Of a stretch of DNA of 64,000 nucleotides, positions 60,010 to 64,000 are shown piece after piece. The number at the start of each line of letters is the position of its first letter. Positions within the stretch are counted from its first letter, which is position 1. A program made the translations under genes and the position numbers. The notes below the pieces were generated by a model. The model did not search any database. It was not told where the DNA came from and saw nothing but the letters and a program-made list of their open reading frames with translations. Source of the DNA: Gammaproteobacteria bacterium (GTDB lineage: Bacteria > Pseudomonadota > Gammaproteobacteria > UBA4575); the NCBI GenBank assembly GCA_965221955.1, contig CBDCTA010000004.1, positions 64,001 to 128,000 of the forward strand, in the 5' to 3' direction.

Positions 60010-63000
60010 ATTCGACATAGTTAAATCTGCCATATCCACCCCCACCTGGTGTTTCGATGACAAAAACATCCCCTGGCTTTAACTCAATCTTATCCACACC
60101 TGATAATTCTGTAACTGAACCATCCGGGTGCTCTACTCTATTGTTTCCGACTTGTGCGCTTTCTCCTCCGGCAAGTCCGTAGGGGGGTACTTTTCGATGG
60201 CTTGAAATAATATTAGCGGTCATGCTTTCTAAGAATTGCATCTTGCGTGTAATACCATTGCCTCCACGATGTTTACCTTTACCACCTGAATTCAATTTGA
60301 TTTCAAAAGAATTCAGTATGACTGGGAATCGCCATTCCAACACTTCTGGGTCTGTGAGTTTAGAATTTGTCATGTGACTGTGAACCGCATCGGTGCCATC
60401 ATAATCCTTACTGGCACCTGTGCCTCCACACAAGGTTTCATAATACTGATATTTTTCGTTCCCCCAAACGAAATTATTCATGGTGCCTTGTGAGGCTGAA
60501 ATGATACCCAGTGCACCAAATAATGCATCGACAATGTATTGGGATGTTTCAACATTACCGGCAAACACGGCGCCAGGATATTCTGGATTAATCATGGAAT
60601 GTTTTGGAATGATAATTTCGAAAGGTTTCAAACAACCATCATTGAGTGGAATGTTGTCATCCACAAGACATCTAAATACATACAAGACAGCCGCCTTCAC
60701 CACTGCAGAAGGCGCATTAAAATTACCAGGGTGTTGAGCACTCGTTCCTGTAAAATCAATTTTGGCTTTGCGTTGCTCTTGATCCACCTTAATGGACACG
60801 ACAATTTGATAACCATCATCCATTTCATATTTGAATTTTCCATCTTCAAGCACGCTTAATGCTCTGCGTACAGATTCTTCAGCATTGTTTTGCACATGTT
60901 GCATATAGGCATGTACTGTTTTCACGCCATAATGGTTTACGATTTTGTTGAGTTCATCTGCGCCTTTTTCACAGGCTGCCAATTGCGCTTTAATATCCGC
61001 AATATTCATTGTTGGATTGCGTGCTGGCCAACGACAGCTTGTTAAAAATGAATAGATTTCTTGTTCACGAAAGCACCCACTTTCCACAATCTTAAAGATA
61101 TCAATAATAATCCCTTCTTCTTCTATGCTGACAGAATGTGCAGGTGCAGAACCTGGTGTAGTGCCACCAATGTCGGTATGGTGCCCGCGAGCCGCTACAT
61201 AAAATAATAATTCGGTTTGTTTAGAGAACACAGGTTTAATCACAGTGATGTCGGGAAGGTGTGTGCCGCCGTTGTAGGGTGTGTTTAAAATAAATGCATC
61301 GCCAGGTGTCAGATTATTTCTGTGTTCATGAATGACAGTTTTAATACTTTCACTCATGGATCCAAGATGTACTGGCACATGCGGCGCGTTGGCCACAAGG
61401 CTTCCTGTTGGATCAAAAATGGCACAGGAAAAATCTAATCGTTCTTTTATGTTGACGGATACTGCAGTATTTTCAAGTACAGTGCCCATCTGTTCAGCAA
61501 TTGACATGAACATATTATTGAAAATTTCTAACATCACCGGATCCACATCAGTACCGATGGCTTTTATTGCTTTTCTTTCTATGAAACGTTCAAGCATTAA
61601 ATTATTATCAGTGGTGAGTGTACTCCGCCAACCGGTCTCTATCACAATAGTGTTGATTGAGTCATAAATAACTGCTGGCCCATTAATATGTTCATTCACG
61701 GAAAGTGAATTACGATGATAAAATGGTGTCGACTGCCACTTTCCATCGATGTAGCAATTATTCGCTACATCTGCATTGCTTTGCTGAATTTCAGAATTTA
61801 ACTTTTCGAATTCAATTGGATGTTGAGTTTGAGAAGTGACTTCTACTTCAATCGCTTCAACGACAATGTTGTGTTCTGGAGAAATGAATCCAAATCTTCT
61901 TTGATGAGTTTGCTCAAATTGTGTAACAACATTATCAATTGGTGCATGAGGAACAGTTAATATCGTATCTGATCCTTTATATCTTAAACGTAGATTGCGT
62001 TTGAAAGTTGGGTCTGTATGTTCACTATTTTGTTGTTTAAGTTCATCAATTCCTTCTTGTTGCAATTGGTTGAACAGCTTTTTTAATTCTTCCAACAAGA
62101 TTCCATCCAAGATTTTGCCTATAGATTGTTGTCGATCGATAACAATATCAGCAAGACCAATACCATAGGCTGAGAGTACACTTGCATAAGGATGAATGAT
62201 GATTTGTTTCATATTTAATGCATCGGCTACCAAACACGCATGTTGCCCTCCTGCACCGCCAAAACAACACAATGTATATTCGGAAACATCGTAACCACGC
62301 ATCACAGATATTTTTTTGATGGCATTAGCCATGTTTTCGATGGCGATAGAAAGAAAACCTGTTGCAACCGCTTCAGGTGGTCGTTTATCACCCGTTTCTT
62401 TTCCAATGCGATCGCTAAGTTTTTGGAATTGTGCGGCAACGGTTTCATTATCCAATGATTGATTGGCATCAGTACCGAACACATTTGGAAATAAAGCAGG
62501 TTGTAATTTACCCACCATCACGTTGCAGTCGGTAATAGTAAGTGGGCCATCATTTCGGTAACACGCAGGGCCTGGATGCGCACCGGCTGAATTTGGACCA
62601 ACTTGATAACGCTCATCGTCAAATTTAAGAACGGAACCTCCGCCAGCAGCAATAGTATTGATCAGCATCATAGGAGCTTGCAATCGAACGCCCGCGATTT
62701 GTGTATCAAAAGTTTTATCAAAGTCACCATTGTAATGGCTTACATCCGTGGAGGTACCGCCCATATCAAAACCGATAATCTTTTTTAAGCCTGCGAGCTC
62801 GCACACTTTTACCATGCCTACCACTCCACCTGTAGGCCCAGATAAAACTGCATCTTTCCCCCGAAACAATTTCGCATCGGTAAGACCACCATTTGATTTC
62901 ATAAACATCAAATTACTTGCTTGTTCACTATGCCTTGGTAATTGTGATGAAACCTGATTTATGTATTTTCTTAGTACGGGAGAAAGATAAGCATCAATGA

Positions 63001-63643
63001 CGGTTGTATCCCCGCGAGAAACCAATTTTATTAATGGACTGACTTCATGACTGATGGATATTTGAGTAAAACCAATTTCTTTGGCTAATTTTGCCAATCG
63101 ATTTTCATGTTCGTGATACCGATAACCATGCATGAACACAATGGCCACCGAACGCAAACCATTCCTATAGTGATTTATTAGATCTTGACGTGCAGCTGCT
63201 TCATTCAACGTTTTGAGAACTTGACCGTGTGCATCTATTCGTTCTTCAATCTCCAACACATCACAATAAAGCAGTTCGGGAAGTTTAATGTGTAACGCAA
63301 AAAGGTCTGGTCGTGTTTGATAACCAATACGAAGCTGATCTTTAAATCCTTTAGTAATAACTAATAACGTGTCTTCTCCTTTGTGCTCCAATAATGCATT
63401 GGTGGCAAGTGTTGTGCCCATTTTTACATCGGATATTTGTTCACACGGCAATTTATCTTCACTATCGACGCCCAGCATTTCCTTTATGCCGTGTATAACC
63501 GGATCTTGATATTGTTGCGGATTTTCAGAAAGAAGCTTGTGTGTTAGCAATTGACCATTTGGCTGCCGCGCAACGATATCCGTAAAGGTACCACCGCGAT
63601 CAATCCAGAATTGCCACTTTTGATGAATACTTTTAGCTTGCAT
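60008..63643 (-). CDS. oplA: ATP-dependent 5-oxoprolinase (fused hydantoinase A/B)
   Basis: [48 protein letters not shown]. Confidence 0.92.
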   Translation of the reverse strand: MQAKSIHQKWQFWIDRGGTFTDIVARQPNGQLLTHKLLSENPQQYQDPVIHGIKEMLGVDSEDKLPCEQISDVKMGTTLATNALLEHKGEDTLLVITKGFKDQLRIGYQTRPDLFALHIKLPELLYCDVLEIEERIDAHGQVLKTLNEAAARQDLINHYRNGLRSVAIVFMHGYRYHEHENRLAKLAKEIGFTQISISHEVSPLIKLVSRGDTTVIDAYLSPVLRKYINQVSSQLPRHSEQASNLMFMKSNGGLTDAKLFRGKDAVLSGPTGGVVGMVKVCELAGLKKIIGFDMGGTSTDVSHYNGDFDKTFDTQIAGVRLQAPMMLINTIAAGGGSVLKFDDERYQVGPNSAGAHPGPACYRNDGPLTITDCNVMVGKLQPALFPNVFGTDANQSLDNETVAAQFQKLSDRIGKETGDKRPPEAVATGFLSIAIENMANAIKKISVMRGYDVSEYTLCCFGGAGGQHACLVADALNMKQIIIHPYASVLSAYGIGLADIVIDRQQSIGKILDGILLEELKKLFNQLQQEGIDELKQQNSEHTDPTFKRNLRLRYKGSDTILTVPHAPIDNVVTQFEQTHQRRFGFISPEHNIVVEAIEVEVTSQTQHPIEFEKLNSEIQQSNADVANNCYIDGKWQSTPFYHRNSLSVNEHINGPAVIYDSINTIVIETGWRSTLTTDNNLMLERFIERKAIKAIGTDVDPVMLEIFNNMFMSIAEQMGTVLENTAVSVNIKERLDFSCAIFDPTGSLVANAPHVPVHLGSMSESIKTVIHEHRNNLTPGDAFILNTPYNGGTHLPDITVIKPVFSKQTELLFYVAARGHHTDIGGTTPGSAPAHSVSIEEEGIIIDIFKIVESGCFREQEIYSFLTSCRWPARNPTMNIADIKAQLAACEKGADELNKIVNHYGVKTVHAYMQHVQNNAEESVRRALSVLEDGKFKYEMDDGYQIVVSIKVDQEQRKAKIDFTGTSAQHPGNFNAPSAVVKAAVLYVFRCLVDDNIPLNDGCLKPFEIIIPKHSMINPEYPGAVFAGNVETSQYIVDALFGALGIISASQGTMNNFVWGNEKYQYYETLCGGTGASKDYDGTDAVHSHMTNSKLTDPEVLEWRFPVILNSFEIKLNSGGKGKHRGGNGITRKMQFLESMTANIISSHRKVPPYGLAGGESAQVGNNRVEHPDGSVTELSGVDKIELKPGDVFVIETPGGGGYGRFNYVE

Positions 63644-63824
63644 GGTAAAAGTGTACTATGAAATAAATACATCAAGCCTTGAATTCTTCCTTATCGAACA
63701 TTACTCAAAAAGTAGACAAGTTTTGCAGAACTTCAGGGGTTAAGTGATACTGCTAGATAATTTTTAGCCGAAATCTCTGAAGATATAAGCTCATCTGAAA
63801 TCGATGAAACTAATATATTAAGTG

Positions 63825-64000
63825 TTAAGTGTTAAGTGTAGAGAGAAAGGTTGCAGGGGCTTTAGATCTATAATCAGCACCATTCACGTCAGCGAAAATT
63901 GTACGTGATAGAAATGAATCTAGTTCTCCATATTCTACTAACTGTCGAAGAAAAAGATGGTCGACATTCCCATTGGTAAATTCAACAGCCATAAGACTAC
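63825..64000 (-). CDS. Possible 3' end of a CDS running off the window
   Basis: Open frame SLMAVEFTNGNVDHLFLRQLVEYGELD...STLNT* ending inside a (TTAAGTG)3 repeat. Confidence 0.35.
   Translation of the reverse strand, partial: SLMAVEFTNGNVDHLFLRQLVEYGELDSFLSRTIFADVNGADYRSKAPATFLSTLNT

Noticed and set aside
63818-63838. (TTAAGTG)3 microsatellite
   Set aside because: Only three units, at a putative stop codon, with no evidence of phase variation.

Overview
AT-rich gammaproteobacterial chromosome segment, probably from a sulfur oxidiser. Layout: (1) 1-2040, an accessory patch of tiny ORFs separated by palindromic repeats. (2) 2224-12915, a sulfur-oxidation locus (soxYZ, cytochrome c, YeeE/YedE transporter, NapC/NirT, fccAB, DUF3365 cytochrome, DsrE2-like) that contains five tandem exported methionine-rich repeat proteins; four carry a C-terminal DPKQYEQWF-type motif, one has a heme-c motif and one is fused to DUF302. 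This is the best candidate for an undescribed system. (3) tRNA-Glu and a complete type II secretion operon gspC-N. (4) tRNA-Ala and gltX, followed by a HEAT-repeat Ser/Thr kinase / twin PilT-like ATPase / retropepsin / cyclase-FHA module. (5) Housekeeping genes pgpA-thiL-nusB-ribH-ribE-(proteasome-like gene)-ribD-nrdR-glyA, an outer-membrane protein and purL. (6) tmRNA followed by tandem integrase-free islands delimited by copies of the tmRNA 3' end, carrying a GGDEF-EAL module, a methyltransferase and a cusCBA efflux operon. (7) A class V aminotransferase and 5-oxoprolinase. Five single-base frameshifts (gspK twice, thiL, two island genes) suggest sequencing indel errors. All family calls come from motif recognition by eye; no database searches were run.
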